64,000 nucleotides of DNA from Octopus vulgaris (GCA_951406725.2 OX597818.1:103230001-103294000); one strand, 5' to 3'. Counted from the stretch's first letter, positions 1 to 14,025 are shown. The notes: generated from the sequence alone by a model not told the origin. Program-made: numbers and translations.

Positions 1-581
1 ACATATATATATTTCAATACATATATACCTATATATATACCTATATATATATATATATATGTATAAACATATATGTATGTGTATAAATATATGTATATAT
101 ATTTATGTATATACATATACATAAACGTACATTTATACATGTATATACATGTGGATATATATACATAGACATATACATATATATATATATATATATACAC
201 ATATATACACACACACAAACATATACATATATCTGTATGTATGTACATCGGTGTTACTGTGATTATATCAACAAACACGCACGTAATATTCCAACCATTA
301 CGAAAGGTGTACACGACGCACACATATTCGCTAACAGACATTGATATATTATTAACGCACATACATCAAAATATACTATACAGCTTTACTGACATATCGC
401 CATGATAACAATACAGTATCGTAAATGAATAGAAAATCGTCACATACACCTCTCATCAGATACATATGAACGACTGTGAATTACATGTCTGTGTCATAGC
501 ATACATACATCTTTGCAAAGACACAGAAACTCTAATAACGCCATTTTGTGTGTGCGAAAATATTATATATGTATATATGTA

Positions 582-730
582 CAGTGTACAGTTAAACACA
601 TAAGAGGTATCCGTCATAGGATTACTTTTACGCTAGAAGGAACAGCTAAATTCCAAACCACTTTAGCTGTTCTTTCCATCGTGAAAGGAATCCTATGACG
701 GATATCTCTTATGTGTTTAAATGTACACTG
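582..730. repeat. ~150-bp imperfect fold-back inverted repeat (MITE-like/hairpin)
   Basis: cagtgtacagttaaacacataagaggtatccgtcatagga...gaacagctaaa pairs with tttagctgttc...tcctatgacggatatctcttatgtgtttaaatgtacactg around a loop of about 11 nt. Confidence 0.85.
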
Positions 731-764
731 CATTTATATGAATAATATATATGTATATATATTT

Positions 765-808
<44 letters not shown>

Positions 809-1106
809 CACACATAAACGCATAAATATATATATATATATATTAATGTTATTTCTTTGGACCAATGATTTTTGAATATTGCATGTACGAATACCAATGC
901 CTAATGCCTTTGTAATTATGTAAGGTTACAATGTTTGCATTTCCTTGTATATACAATTGCTGAAAGAATACACGATGGTCTCTATACTTTCAGTATGCTA
1001 GGTACGCACAGGAGACACGGCTATGGAATAAAAAGCATACAACAAAATCTAGTCATTTGCATTTGTTGATTTTTCTTGTTTCCTTTCGTGTTTTTTTTGT
1101 GGAGGG

Positions 1107-1143
<37 letters not shown>

Positions 1144-1163
1144 TATAGATAGATAGATATACC

Positions 1164-1243
<80 letters not shown>

Positions 1244-1965
1244 TGTTTCGTTATTAGCCACACAGGGCTGCACACAGACAGGACAGATTAGAAAGTAGAG
1301 CTTTTCTTTTTGGGGAGAAAAAAAACACAAAAACAAAAAAAAGTGGTGTAGGTTTTCTATCAAAATGGATCGTAAAAGGGAAAGAAGAAATAAGGGGGTG
1401 GGGAAAGAAAAGGAAAAAAACGATCAATAGGGATCTTGGGGCTCCTGCAATGAAAGCAACGTGAAATGCCTAGAAGGTATGGTCAGTTACTTTTTCTAAT
1501 TATTCTCAGAATAAATCATCAGAATAAATCTTGAACAATTTCCAAATTTTTTTTAAATTATTTAAAATTCTGTCGAGGCATTTTCAATTCTTGACTTCAA
1601 ATAAATATTTTTGTCTCTTCAGTTAATTCTTCGAACATTCAGTAACACCTTCTTCCAACTGCTCTCGATCATTCTGCTACAGAAATTTTCCAAAGAATGA
1701 TTAATATAAATTAATATCACGTTACTTCCCTGCTGCGTTACTGTTCCTTTCAATTCTCTCAACTCTTCCACAATAATCAAATAATCACTGGTTTCTTGTT
1801 TGCAAATTCGCTTCACACCAAGCCAACAAATGCCAGTCTGTTGGTTTGTCGGAAAATTTCTTTTTTCTGTTTCCTAATGTATCGTCATGTACCTGAAAAG
1901 AAGTAACATTTATATATATATGTTATTTCCTTCTTACGAGCTCTGCGACAATATATAATTCACAC

Positions 1966-2880
1966 AAGGCGGCGAACTGGCAGAATCGTTAGCACGCCGG
2001 GCGAAATGCTTAGTGATATTTCGTCTGCCATTACGTTCTGAGTTCAAATTCCACCGAGGTTGACTTTGCTTTCATCCTTTCGGGGTCGATAAATTAAGTA
2101 CCAGTTACGCACTACGGTAGATATAATCGACTTAATCCGTTTGTCTGTCCTTGCTTGTCCCCTCTGTGTTTGGCCTCTTGTGGGTAGTAAAGAAATAGGT
2201 ATTTCGTTTGTCTTTGCGTTCTGAGTTCAAATTCCACCATGGTCGACTTTGACTTTCAACCTTTCGAGGTCGATAAATTGAGTACCAGTTGCATACTGGG
2301 GTCGATCTAATCGACTGCCACCCCGCTCCGAAAATTTCGGCCCTTGTGCCTACAGTAGCGAAGAATATATAATTCACAGACACCATGAATAAGATGGCTT
2401 GAAATTTATTTCAAATTTTTGTACAAAGAGCAGCAATGTTGGCCCGAGTACTGAATTGGTACTTTTTTTTTCCGATCCCATGAGGAGGATAAGAGAATTC
2501 GACGAAAGCAGCGAACAGGCTGAATCGTAAGTGCACCGCATTTTATCTGAGCTGAAATTCAACCGAGATCGAATTTGTCTTTCATCCTTTAGCGGTCGTT
2601 GAGCACTTGGTACGACGTACTTGACTAGCTTCCCCCTTTGAAATTTCAGGCCTTATGCCTATAGTGGAATGGAGTATTACAAAATATCTTGGTGGGTAAA
2701 AGTTTTGGAGGCATTTCGTTCGTCTTCAAACTCTCAGTTCAAATTCCGCCGAGGTCGACTTTGCCTTTCTTTCTTTAGGTATCGATAAAACATGTACCAT
2801 GCAATTACTGGGATCGATGTAATTGACAACCATCTTTCCTCAAAATCTACTGGCCCTGTGCGAGAACTTGAAACCAATTT
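1966..2880 (+). mobile_element. tRNA-type SINE family B, one dimeric copy plus degenerate copies
   Basis: Head aaggcggcgaactggcagaatcgttagcacgccgggcg; B-box-like gagttcaaattcc; body gcctttcatcctttcggggtcgataaattaagtaccag; more than 15 copies in the window. Confidence 0.85.
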
Positions 2881-2934
2881 TATAACATATTTTGCAGATA
2901 TGTTTTCATCGTCTCGGACGAAACGAAAACAGGA

Positions 2935-2970
<36 letters not shown>

Positions 2971-2974
<4 letters not shown>

Positions 2975-3600
2975 CTCTATATATAAAACTGAAATGCGTT
3001 TTTACCGCTTCGCTCGCTTTCAATGCCACTACATCCCGTCCGATTCGCTCCAAAATTTACAGGGACATGTAAAATGAGGTGACGATGCCCGTGGGTTACC
3101 TTAAAAATCCCTATCTTAAAAGGTGTGGTTGCTAGGGGCCATCTTCCTCACTCACGCTATTTCCTCCATTCCCCTCTAACTCCCCTTCTTTATAACTTTG
3201 ATAAGTCCACTCCCGTTATTTAATGTATCTGTGTTCCTCAACTCACTCTTGCTATTTCCTCTCTTCCCAGCACATTTTCACTCACTCTATTTCTTACCTT
3301 CCCTTAACTTTCCCTTATGTATCTGTCTGCATTCATAGAGAGAAACAAATATTCCATCGCCATCGCATTCTATTGTCTACCTGTCAACGCGCCGATGGAG
3401 CAAATACAAACAGAACACACCAACGAGCGTTCGTGTTCTGGTGATAACATAGGTTTTTCATATCTATTACATTTTAACATTTATTTAGAACCCTGCAAAT
3501 TTTTCGTGCTAAATTTTCATTTTTTACTACTTTATTATTTTTTCTTAAATTGATGCTTTTATTAAAATTAATTCTAATTGTCTGGGCCAACAGTTCGTTT
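2971..3600 (+). mobile_element. Possible non-autonomous Helitron-like remnant
   Basis: Starts atctctatatataaaa directly after a microsatellite, like the Helitron-type start at 16122; no clear CTAG end. Confidence 0.3.
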
Positions 3601-3752
3601 CCTCGGAGGATATGGAAATTCTTATTACCCGTCAGAGAAATAACTCCAGCAGCTCACAACTATTTCAACAAAGACGAGGTTACCTGCTTACCAGTCGAAT
3701 TCAGCGGCAACGCTCACGTATGAGAGACTCCAACACACACACACACACATAT

Positions 3753-3801
<49 letters not shown>

Positions 3802-4564
3802 GTGTGCATTATGTGGTCGGTTGAGCTGAAAATATGCACACCTATGTTAAAATGCTGGCAAGTTTGCATGACAACTATTTTTTTCCTCAAATGAAAGGCG
3901 TGACCTCTAAGACAAAATTCCTCATCTTATAAAATGTGCCCCCAGTAGACCCGAATGAAATCGGGTTATATTAACCAAAATGTGAAAAGGGGTCTAAATG
4001 GGGCTAGAAGGGGATCAAAATTTAAAGGAGCGAGTGTTTAGGAATTCTCTGTTACATCAAGCTAAAAAAATTGCGCCAGCCTTTTAATCGTCAATGTGTT
4101 GCCGTCCATGACGAAGAAGTATTGAATGCTTGCCATGGTGAGTCTACTGTCGTGATAAAGAATCACTTCAAAACTTGGTGTTTACGAATTTTCTTTTACA
4201 TCAAGTTCAAAATTTTACGCCAGCCGTTAAACTGTCAATACGTTGCTGTCCGTCATTCAGAAATGCCAGCCATGGTGACTCTACCGTCCTCAGATTCTAT
4301 CCCTTCAAACTTTGGTTTCCAATATTTTATTATTTTTATTTAGCTCGCAAGTTCGTCTGTCCCTTTTAAATGTTAGCGTTTTGCTGTCTGCCTTGAAGCA
4401 GACCTTTCCGTTGCAACTGCCTGATATTTATGATTGATCTTTCTAAATATTTTGTTTCTCAACTTACTCAAGATCTTTTGTTGCTTAGAGAGTAAGAGAA
4501 AGCGAGGGAGAGTCCGAGAGTGGAAAAGTGAGAGAGAAAGGAGAGAGAAATAAAGAGGGAGAAT

Positions 4565-4877
4565 CATCATCATCACCATCATCGTTTAACGTCCGTTTTC
4601 CGTGCTAGCACGGGTTGGACAGTTTGACCGGGGTCTGGGAAGCCAGGAGGCTGCACCAGGCTCCAGTTTGATCTGGCAGTGTTTCTGCAGGTGGATGGCC
4701 TTCCTAACGCCAACCACTCTGTGAGTGTAGTGGGTGCTTTTTTCGTGCCGCCGGCACAGGTGCCAGGGGGGCTGGCAGTGGCAACGATCGATTGGTGCTT
4801 TTTACGTGCCACCGGTTCAGGAGCCAGTCAAGGCGGCGCTGCAATCGGCCACGTTCGGATGGTGCTTTTTACGTGCT
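4565..4877 (-). mobile_element. Non-autonomous retroelement 3' part with RTE-type tail
   Basis: Minus strand ends ...GGACGTTAAACGATGATGGTGATGATG; internal motif ggtgctttttacgtgcc present 3 times; GC-rich relative to flanks. Confidence 0.6.
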
Positions 4878-5022
4878 GAAAGGAAACAACAGAAAGTAAC
4901 AACCACACTCTTACCCGCGCGTAGAGCGGGTCACCTTCAGCTAGTATATATATGTATATATATATATAAATATATAGATAGATATAGAGATGGATAGATA
5001 GCCATATAGATAGATAAATAGG

Positions 5023-5065
<43 letters not shown>

Positions 5066-5083
5066 ATAGGTAGATAGATATAT

Positions 5084-5134
<51 letters not shown>

Positions 5135-6255
5135 TATATACATACATACATAGATACATACATAGATAGCCATATAGATAGATAAATAGATAGATAGATA
5201 GATACATACATACATACATACATACATACATACATACATACACACATACATACATACATGGATGTATGCCTGTATGTATTTTCATGGGACTTCATGGTCG
5301 CTACTCTTCACACATCTAGCGTTTCAAACACTTTTGCGGGTAAAAGCCTTAATTATAATCTGGATCTTTTCCGTTAACTTGCTTCCATACAATACTAACA
5401 ACACAGAAACTTACACAAACACCTGACAAAACAATTCTATATACACACAACATTGAGGCACAGATAAATTATATTACTTTACAATAATCGAAGAAACATC
5501 ATACACCATAAGATACGTTCTTGTTGGTTGCCTATTTCGCTATCTGTCATTCTCTATCATTTACTATCTTTGTCCCTTCTTAATATTCCTATTACACACA
5601 TGCATCCTCAGCAATTCATACAATTTGCGCTACGTTTATAAACACCAATAGCCGTGAGTGCGATATCCGGAATAAGATATGTATTCCAGTTCAGTTCATT
5701 CTTGCCACGATAATACACATTATTATTTTACCTTGGAGCCGATTTATATAAAGATACTAGCATTAAATCCTCATTAATGGCATGCTACCTAAATTTTAGG
5801 CTTTAGTTCCAAATATATCCTCAATCAATAGTTTTCACAAATGTGTACGGGAATACTGAGTTCCTGGAAACATGTTTCTTTTCTCTCAGTTCTTTTTTCT
5901 TTTTACTTCTTATTCCAACAAGAATGCGCCCATCCGTTTCTGATATTCTTTTCAATTTCGATGGTCGTTATTTGTCCTTCTGAGACCTATGTAGACATAA
6001 TACATTACTCAAAATTGTCTTGAGTGCATTGAGAAACATTATGGTATTAGATATTATTGAAAATACATTTTATTACTTTACATTTCATTTCCCGGTGTTG
6101 TCATTTACATCTAGATCATGCGAAGTGATTTCTGTATTGGTTTCAAATCAGGATATCAACTCAGGACGTGAAGCACTAAGCGTTTTATCCGCCGTGTTAA
6201 CCATTCTGCAAGTTCGTCGTCTTAAAGTGACTTCAGTATTAATAGGTGAAATTGA

Positions 6256-7390
6256 AGGCGGTGAGCTGGCAGAAACGTTAGCACGCCGGGCGAAATGCTT
6301 AGCGGTATTCCGTTACGTTCTGAGTTCAAATTCCGTCGACATCGACTTTCCCTTTCATCCTTTCGGGGTCGATTAAATAAGTACCAGTTACGCACTAGGG
6401 TCGATATAATCGATTTAATCCGTGTGTCTGTCCTTGTTTGTCCCCTCTGTACTTAGCCCCTTGTGGGTAGTAAAGAAATAGGTATTTCGTCTGCCGTTAC
6501 GTTCTGAGTTCAAATTCCGTCGAGGTCGACTTTGCCTTTCATCCTTTCGGGGTCAATAAATTAAGTACCAGTTACGCACTGGGGTCGATGTAATCGACTT
6601 AATGTCCTTGTCTGTACCCGCTATGTTTAGCCCTTTGTGGGCAATGAAGAAATAAGAATCATATAAGCACGCCGGACGAATTGCTCTCGGGTATTTAGTC
6701 CGTCTTCACATTCTGAGTTCAAATTCCGCCATGGTCGACTTTGCGCATCATCCCTTTTAGTTCGATAAAATAAGTGTCATTTGAATATTTAAATTATCCT
6801 CTCCAAGAAATTGCTGGCCTTGAGACACATTTTGAAATCAATATTAGTAGATCAAAGTGAAGCGGTAAACTAGTAGAATTGTTAGCAAAGCTAAATGTAT
6901 ATCGTCCGTCTTTACGTCCCGAGTTCAAATTATGCCGAGGTTGATTTTACTTTTAGGGCGTTGAGCTGGCAGAGTTTATAGCTCTTCGGGGAAAATGTTT
7001 TACGACATTTCGTCCGTCATTACGTTCTGAGTTCAAACTACTCCTGGGTCGGCTTTGCTTTTCATTCTTTTGGAGTCGATAAAATAAGTACCAGTTGCGT
7101 ATTGGGGTCGATATAATTGACTTAGCCCCTCCTCCGAAATTGCTGGCCTTGTGTGTCAAAATTTGAAATCAATATTAATATGTCAAATAAGGCGGTGAGC
7201 TGGCAGATTCCTTAGCACACCGGTTAAAACGGTTGGCGGTGTTTTGTCTGAATTCAAATTACTCCGAGGTCAACTTAGCCTTTCAGCCTTTTGGGGTCCA
7301 TAATTTAAGTTCCAGTTAAACACTGGGGACCATGTAATCAACTTACCCCCACTACCAAAATTGTTGGCCGTGTGACAAAATTTGAATCTG
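6256..7390 (+). mobile_element. Cluster of SINE family B copies (one dimeric well-preserved copy, several degenerate)
   Basis: Repeated head and body motifs at about 6256, 6480, 6668, 6860, 6955 and 7190. Confidence 0.85.
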
Positions 7391-8789
7391 AATATTATTA
7401 TTTCAACTATTTTCGGAAAATTGGGCTTTTGTTTGTCACGGGTGGAACAATCAAAGTAGGTTTCTGTTTTGTATTTATTTTATTTGTTTCAGTTTATTTT
7501 CGTAATAATTGTGAGTATAAACAAGCTGTGACGCTCTTTTATACGTATATTTCAAATATTATATACTCAGTGATATGATTAACTGTATAAAAATGTCGAA
7601 TTTGATAGTTTAGCTATAGGAATTATGAATCCTTTTAAATTCAGACTGATAATGTGCCATTACGAAACATATCAGAACTTGGTAAAAATATTTTTTTTAA
7701 TGAATCACATTTATTAAGCAAAAAACGTAAATCGAAATGGGTCTTGCCTCGAGAATCCAAGATTCTATTTGATAATGCTGTTTCCCAAAACATACAAAAT
7801 ACCAATGGAATTTCAAAGAGCAATTGTCTGCCCTGTTATAATAGTGTGTAATGATGTATCACGTAAATACATTGAGGACTAAGAATACTGCTTAACATGT
7901 TTTCCTAATGTAACAATGAAACAGTGTTCCATATAATGATTTCTTTTACAGACTAAAACCTTATTTTAATCAAAGGATTTTAATTAGATCACGTTTACTT
8001 TTATATTGAAATACTAATGGACTTTGCTTTGTGTTTTTATACTAATAGAGACTTTATATTATATTTTCTCACTAATGGACACACCGTTGTGCTTTTATGC
8101 AAATGGAACTGGCGTGAAAGCATTATTCAATAATGAAAGCAGTCACTGGTTTAAGGCACTTTCTTTAGCATGTCAGAAAATGTTTACTTACTTCCTATAC
8201 AGACAGAATACTTGATAAACGCAATTCAAAACGGGTGACAGTACCAGAATTACAAATCAAAATTGAATTCAAATCTTCACGGAAAATGGATACACTACAT
8301 AGGAGTGCACGAACATATCAACGCTGTACGTATGAGTGGGAAAATCGATACACGTAAGTGATTTCATTAACAATGCTAAAATAGGAATATTAATAAAATT
8401 TAGGAAAATTTTAGTGTGTCTATAAATTAACTGAAAACGAATGAAAATAGAGTGAACAAGTTTCTCTGCACTTTCAATCAATGTACGTCACTCGATGTAA
8501 TTTCTAATTGATAGAGTGTCCAAAGTAGCTTCACATATGCATTTAAATGACTGTTCATACAACTGACTTTTGTAACTGATGTTATGTGAAACAAAATTGG
8601 AGATCTTACGTACAAACCATGATAATTAAAGAGAGACGTGGGTCTATTTTTTCTTCTAAGCAGATAAATTACCCCCTGGCACCAGTCTTACTAATATTTG
8701 GAAAGTGAATATTTTAAACATGTAATGATAAATATGATAAATTCAATTCAATTTTTATGGGCTAAAAAAGCAAAAGCAAGACCATGTAG

Positions 8790-9010
8790 GGACACAGGGA
8801 GTTATGTACAGGGAGGACCATTTCTGGTCAAGAGAGACTTTGAACCGAGCGGTTCTCGGCATCTTCACTATCTCGTCCGGACAGCTTATTCCACGGATCC
8901 GCAACCCGGACGGAGAAAGCTCCTCTCCTTCGATTGAGATGAAATCATCGTAGATAGAGCTTTTCGGAGTGACCCCGCAGCCCACGCTCTGGAGCAGGAG
9001 TGAAGAACAG
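8790..9010 (-). mobile_element. CR1/L2-type LINE ORF2 C-terminal fragment (frameshifted)
   Basis: Minus strand reads PAPERGLRGHSEKLYLR*FHLNRRRGAFSVRVADPWNKL/PDEIVKMPRTARFKVSLDQKW, matching the TRGH..KL...FS.RV...WN.LP..+V......FK..LD signature of CR1/L2 ends. Confidence 0.75.
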
Positions 9011-9500
9011 CTCTTTCGAGAGGTTACATTTTCCGCTTATGATGTTCTGAGCGAGAATGAGATTACCATGACGTCGTCGTTTTTCAAGAGAATAAAGGTC
9101 GAGCGTCTTCATAAGACAAATACTTCAATGAAATTAAATTCTAAACTTGAACCTTGTCAGCATCAACCATACTCTATTATTCTAACGAAGAGCATTCAGC
9201 GGTATTCTTAACCTACTCATGGAATCTGTAACCTACTCATGCAATCAACGTGATACAGAATTTGACAAACTGTATGTTTGATTAACTGGCAAGAATTTAT
9301 TTGACAGACATCTGTACGGCTTCCGTTTACGCAACTGCTCACAGAAACTATAAGTCAATGCAAAGCACTGTGTGAATTTCTAATGACGTGTGCACTTAGA
9401 AATACAACTAACATTTGCCGAAACACGTGTAAGATGACGCAATATAATAATAATTTATTACCGAATCTACAGTGTAGTCTGTTTTCATTTCCTTATCTAC
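9010..9500 (+). mobile_element. Degenerate PLE 3' end (GIY-YIG C-terminus-like + decayed hammerhead)
   Basis: KRIKVERLHKTNTSMKLNSKLE resembles the PLE C-terminus; CTAATGA...GAAACACGTGTA at 9380-9431 has a palindromic helix III. Confidence 0.4.
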
Positions 9501-9679
9501 TCTCTGATAGTTCAATGCATTGACAAGTGAAAGGAAGCTTTGAGCATGATACGCGAGATCCCTTCGAAGATTTCTTTCGTGATAAATCGATGCACAAGTA
9601 TTTCTGAATACTAGTTATATGTCATACTATTTTAACCGCTCTATGCAAACACATCTCTATAGATGGACAGGTAGATAGG

Positions 9680-9731
<52 letters not shown>

Positions 9732-10049
9732 GAAAGAGAGAGAGAGAATAAAATGTACAAAAGGACAAATTTCAGAGGTATGTCATAACTCAATTACTTT
9801 CAACACCTGTTCTATTAGGAATAAGCATAATCAATTTAATAGTTACGTAATTAAAATGCATCATTAATTGAAATTCATTTCAACTGAATTTATAAACATT
9901 CTTCATTCGAAATCATTAGGAACTCAACCAGGTATTTTGTCCTTTGCTCTTAATGACACTAGGAGCTGATTATGTGCATAATGGAGCCTTTCTCCTCAGG
10001 GTTTAATTAAATGCTATAACAAGCTTAACGATCTAAAGTCATTTAAGTT

Positions 10050-10088
<39 letters not shown>

Positions 10089-10732
10089 TAATAAATAAAA
10101 TATATGCATACATACATATATGTACGTACCTACATCTACATGTATATATATATGCATATATAAGTATATATACGTGAGTACAGGACACCACGAATAGACG
10201 TAGAACTCAAAGAGAAACGAAAACGTAAAAACAAACGTGGAAACGGACCTAAACGAAAAAAAAACAAGTACAAGACAAACTACACAAGGAAAAATCCCCT
10301 TCATCAGCTGTCCCTAGTTCAACTCCGGCGTGTTTCGAAGGTTGGACAGAACACGACTCGTGGAAACAATCCTTCCTGCGAAGGAATTAAATAAAATTAC
10401 TTCGCAGAGGGGTAAAAACAAGGAAAGTTAAACATGTGACAAAAGAAACGATATAAAATAAGATACAAAATAAAAATACCAAAAATAAAAATACAGAATA
10501 AAATTACAAGTACGAAAACTTCGGTACAAGAAATAAAACAAACAAAAAAAAACAGACAATGAGGGCCTTAATGCTGGCCTACACGAGGAAAGATTCTAAG
10601 AGCGCTAGAAGAACAGTGTTCACTGTTAGAATGCCAGCGGCGAAAGGAAGCAACTCGCCCGGCTGTGAAAGAGATGAGGAGGAGTGAGAGAGAGAGAGAG
10701 AGAGAGAGTGATAGAGGAGGACAAGCGGCTGT

Positions 10733-10778
<46 letters not shown>

Positions 10779-11562
10779 TAAGAAAGTTTGTTTGTGAAAG
10801 CACGTGGGTGAATATATAAGAAAATAGTAAAGAGTGAAAACACGACAGAAGGCTTAAATGTTAAAGAATATATATATTTGCGTCAATATTTGCGTCAATT
10901 TTCCCCTTCTTATAATGACATAATTTTATAATTTTTAAAGAAACTTTCAAAAATGAATTGGGTACAAATAATCCCTTCCTTAAGAAAATTACAATAAATA
11001 AAAAGAAAAACCAAACAACCCACGAACAACCCCCAACTATCCTCCATACACTAAAAACAGAAATCACCCACAACCAACCTTTGCAAACCACGCAAGACCT
11101 AACAGGGAACTAGCTGACAGAGGACGCGTCTATGAAAGAAATTACACCAAAAACAGAACACACCAACAACATCCTAATACCAGACCCAACCACCATACAG
11201 CACAATACGACACTAGAATAAGAAATACACCGCACACAAATCGCTACTACCCCATAAACCAAAATTACTGGTCCCCACTAAACACAAGACAAACGCAAAA
11301 AAACACTATGTCAAGTAACATCCCACATACAAGCAGTTCGAAACAAAAATATTTCCCATACAGAAATTTTACACACACCACAAACAATAACAACCATAGA
11401 TTCTCACACACACACAACGATCAGGGGCAACAATACCACCACTCCCCTGACCAAATACCACACAACCTCACAGACAACTCATACAAACAAAATTACACCC
11501 AACATTTTTTAGCCAGGGACCAGGGACACCAGGACACAGGCTGGAACCTAGTAATAAGGAAA

Positions 11563-13959
11563 AACCGAAGATAATCAATCTTTCAACCAAACCTCTTTCT
11601 AACATAAAAATTGACATCCTCGCAAAAGGGCTCAAATTTACACCAACTCCACGCAGAGCCAACCTAAATGAACTCAAGGATAATATAACAGAATTTTGCA
11701 GAAAATTAAGACTAGCAGAAGCATCAACCAGTTTCAATACTGAAGATGAATCACTAGTCAAGAACAAAAGTGAACACATCCCACACAGAGGAAGAAATAA
11801 AGATCTTGACGAATTCTGTAACCACATTGAGAACTTCCCATACTATACATAAACCATACTATACATAAACAGAAAGCTAACCCAAATTTTAACACTACAC
11901 AATGGAAAGAACTGATAGAACTTCAAAATGATGAGGATATAACCATTAAGGAAGCAGACAAGGGAAATGCAGTTGTAATAATGGATACATCATACTACAG
12001 AAATATTGTAATTTCCTTGCTTGATGACAACCTACATTATGAAAAAATTACCAACTACACCCCACAAAAAATAATGAAAACTCTATCTTCACTAATTAAA
12101 ACCCATGAAAAGGAACTAACAACCAAAGAGATTGACTTCCTAACAAACTTTAAATGCAAACCTAGCCTTTTCTATGGTCTGCCAAAAATTCATAAAAGTC
12201 AAATTATAAATGAAACCATTAAAAAATCACCAAAGACATACATACACACACCCAACCCGGGGGACCTAAAACTACGACCCATTGTAGCTGGCCCATCCTG
12301 TGAAACACACAGACTAAGTCTACTTATGGACATCCTCCTGAAACCCTTCCTTAAACATATCGATAGCCATATCAGAGATGACTTAGATATGTTAAATCAC
12401 CTTCCAAAAAGAGCCAAGGAAGAAACAATCCTGGTTTCATTTGATGTAGTCAACTTGTATACCAGTATACCTCATAATTATGGACTGGAGGCAATACAGT
12501 TCTGGTTAGACCAATTCCCGGAAGAAATACCAAAAAGGATCAGTAAAGAATTCATTACTAAGTCAATTGAATTCATCCTACACAATAACCACTTCATGTT
12601 TGACAATACATTTTACCGTCAAAAATCCGAAATTGCTATGGGTACAAGGGCAGCACCAGTCATTGCGAACTTAACAATGGGATACATGGAAATAATCATT
12701 TACCAGGAATCTTTATCAATCTTTGGAAACCCCTCTCTCAATACATAAAAGAGAACTGGAAACGATTCTTGGACGATTGTTTTATTCTCTGGAATGAAAA
12801 CACAGATAAACTCTTAAAATTTAAAAACCTATTGAACAGCATAAACCGAAATATACAGTTCAAAATGGAATACAACCAAAAGGAGCTCCCGTTCTTGGAT
12901 ATACTAATTAAAAGAATTAACCTTAAAATAGAAACAGACATTTTCTACAAAGCCACAGACGCCAAACAATACCTTCTCTTTAATTCATGCCACCCAAGAC
13001 ACATTAAAACAAACATCCCCTTCAACCTTGCAAGAAGGATATGCACAATGGTGTCAGAACAAAATACCAGGAACTTCAGACTGCAAGAACTCAAAAACAC
13101 CTTAATTGACAGACATTACCCAGCTCAACTCATAGAGGATGGGATCAGACGTGCAACAGAAATCAACATAGAAACTTTAAGAAAAGTTCAACACAACAAC
13201 ACACCTTCCCCGAAAATACTAGCTTACATATCTACATACAACCCCAGAAACAAAGAAGCTTTCACCATCATCACCCAGAATTTACCAATACTTCATATAA
13301 ACCCCAAATTAAAGGAAATTCTAAACATACACCAACTCATTAAAAGCTACAAACAGCCTAAATCACTTAAAAAGATTCTCACAAAGGCAAAATTATCTTC
13401 TGAAATTACGGATGCAAAAGTAAAAAAATGTGGTAGATCGAACTGTGCAACATGTCCTAACCTACTAGAAGGATCAGAATTCTTCTTTAAAGAGGGACAG
13501 AAATTCAAGATCAAATCTAACTTTACTTGTATCTCTGAAAACATAATTTATGTTATTAAATGCTCGGGCTGCCACCAAGACTACGTGGGGTCCACGGGAC
13601 TATCACTCAGACGTAGATGCACACTGCATCGACAACAGATTGCATTCCCAGAATATAGAATGATACCTTTTAGTGAGCACATTGAGAAATGCGCAAAGCA
13701 ACTACAACCACAATTTTTAATCTTTCCATTTTACCAATGTGCTTTCGGATCATCAACACAAATTAGACTAAACAAGGAAACATTCTTCATTGAAAAGTAC
13801 AAACCCAGACTCAACTATCCAAACATAATAATACAGAGAAATTCACACCAAGAGGAAAAGGAAAAAAAAATTTTTAAGCGATTATCTCCCTTACACCGGA
13901 AGAAATCACGCACTACCTTCCCTTATTTAGAACTCTCCGTAGCAAAAAAACAAGGATAA
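11563..13959 (+). pseudogene. PLE polyprotein (RT + CxxxxCxxC linker + GIY-YIG endonuclease), two frameshifts
   Basis: KIINLSTKPLSNIKIDILAKGLKFTPTP; IKEADKGNAVVIMD; FYGLPKIHK; LRPIV; SFDVVNLYTSIP; Q..EIAMG; WKRFLDD; TDIFYKATD; SCHP; KCGRSNCATC; NIIYVIKCSGCHQDYVGST...R...H. A 16-bp duplication (ccatactatacataaa, 11838-11869) and an indel near 12735 break the frame. Confidence 0.93.
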
Positions 13960-13986
13960 CGCTATTAAAGATAAACATTACGTCGC

Positions 13987-14025
13987 AAGAAATTTGAAGA
14001 GCTAAATGCGAAACCGGTCTTTCTT
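13987..14025 (+). ncRNA. Minimal type I hammerhead ribozyme-like motif in the PLE 3' pLTR (C3U variant)
   Basis: AAGAAA-T-TTGAAGA-GC(TAAAT)GC-GAAA-CCGG-TC^-TTTCTT; helix I 6 bp; palindromic helix III ACCGGT; predicted GUC cleavage after 14019. Confidence 0.7.

Noticed and set aside
1619-1900. Possible minus-strand exon after cttcttttcag
   Set aside because: All three frames hit stops within about 110 nt; no recognisable domain
4828-5295. YI/CV/LSIY-rich ORFs here and at 25.4, 34.7 and 40.3 kb
   Set aside because: (TA)n, (CA)n, (GATA)n and (CATA)n repeats
12769-13959. Stand-alone 396-aa gene or telomerase
   Set aside because: Begins mid-RT at the FLDD motif; it is the frameshifted continuation of the PLE ORF and ends in GIY-YIG
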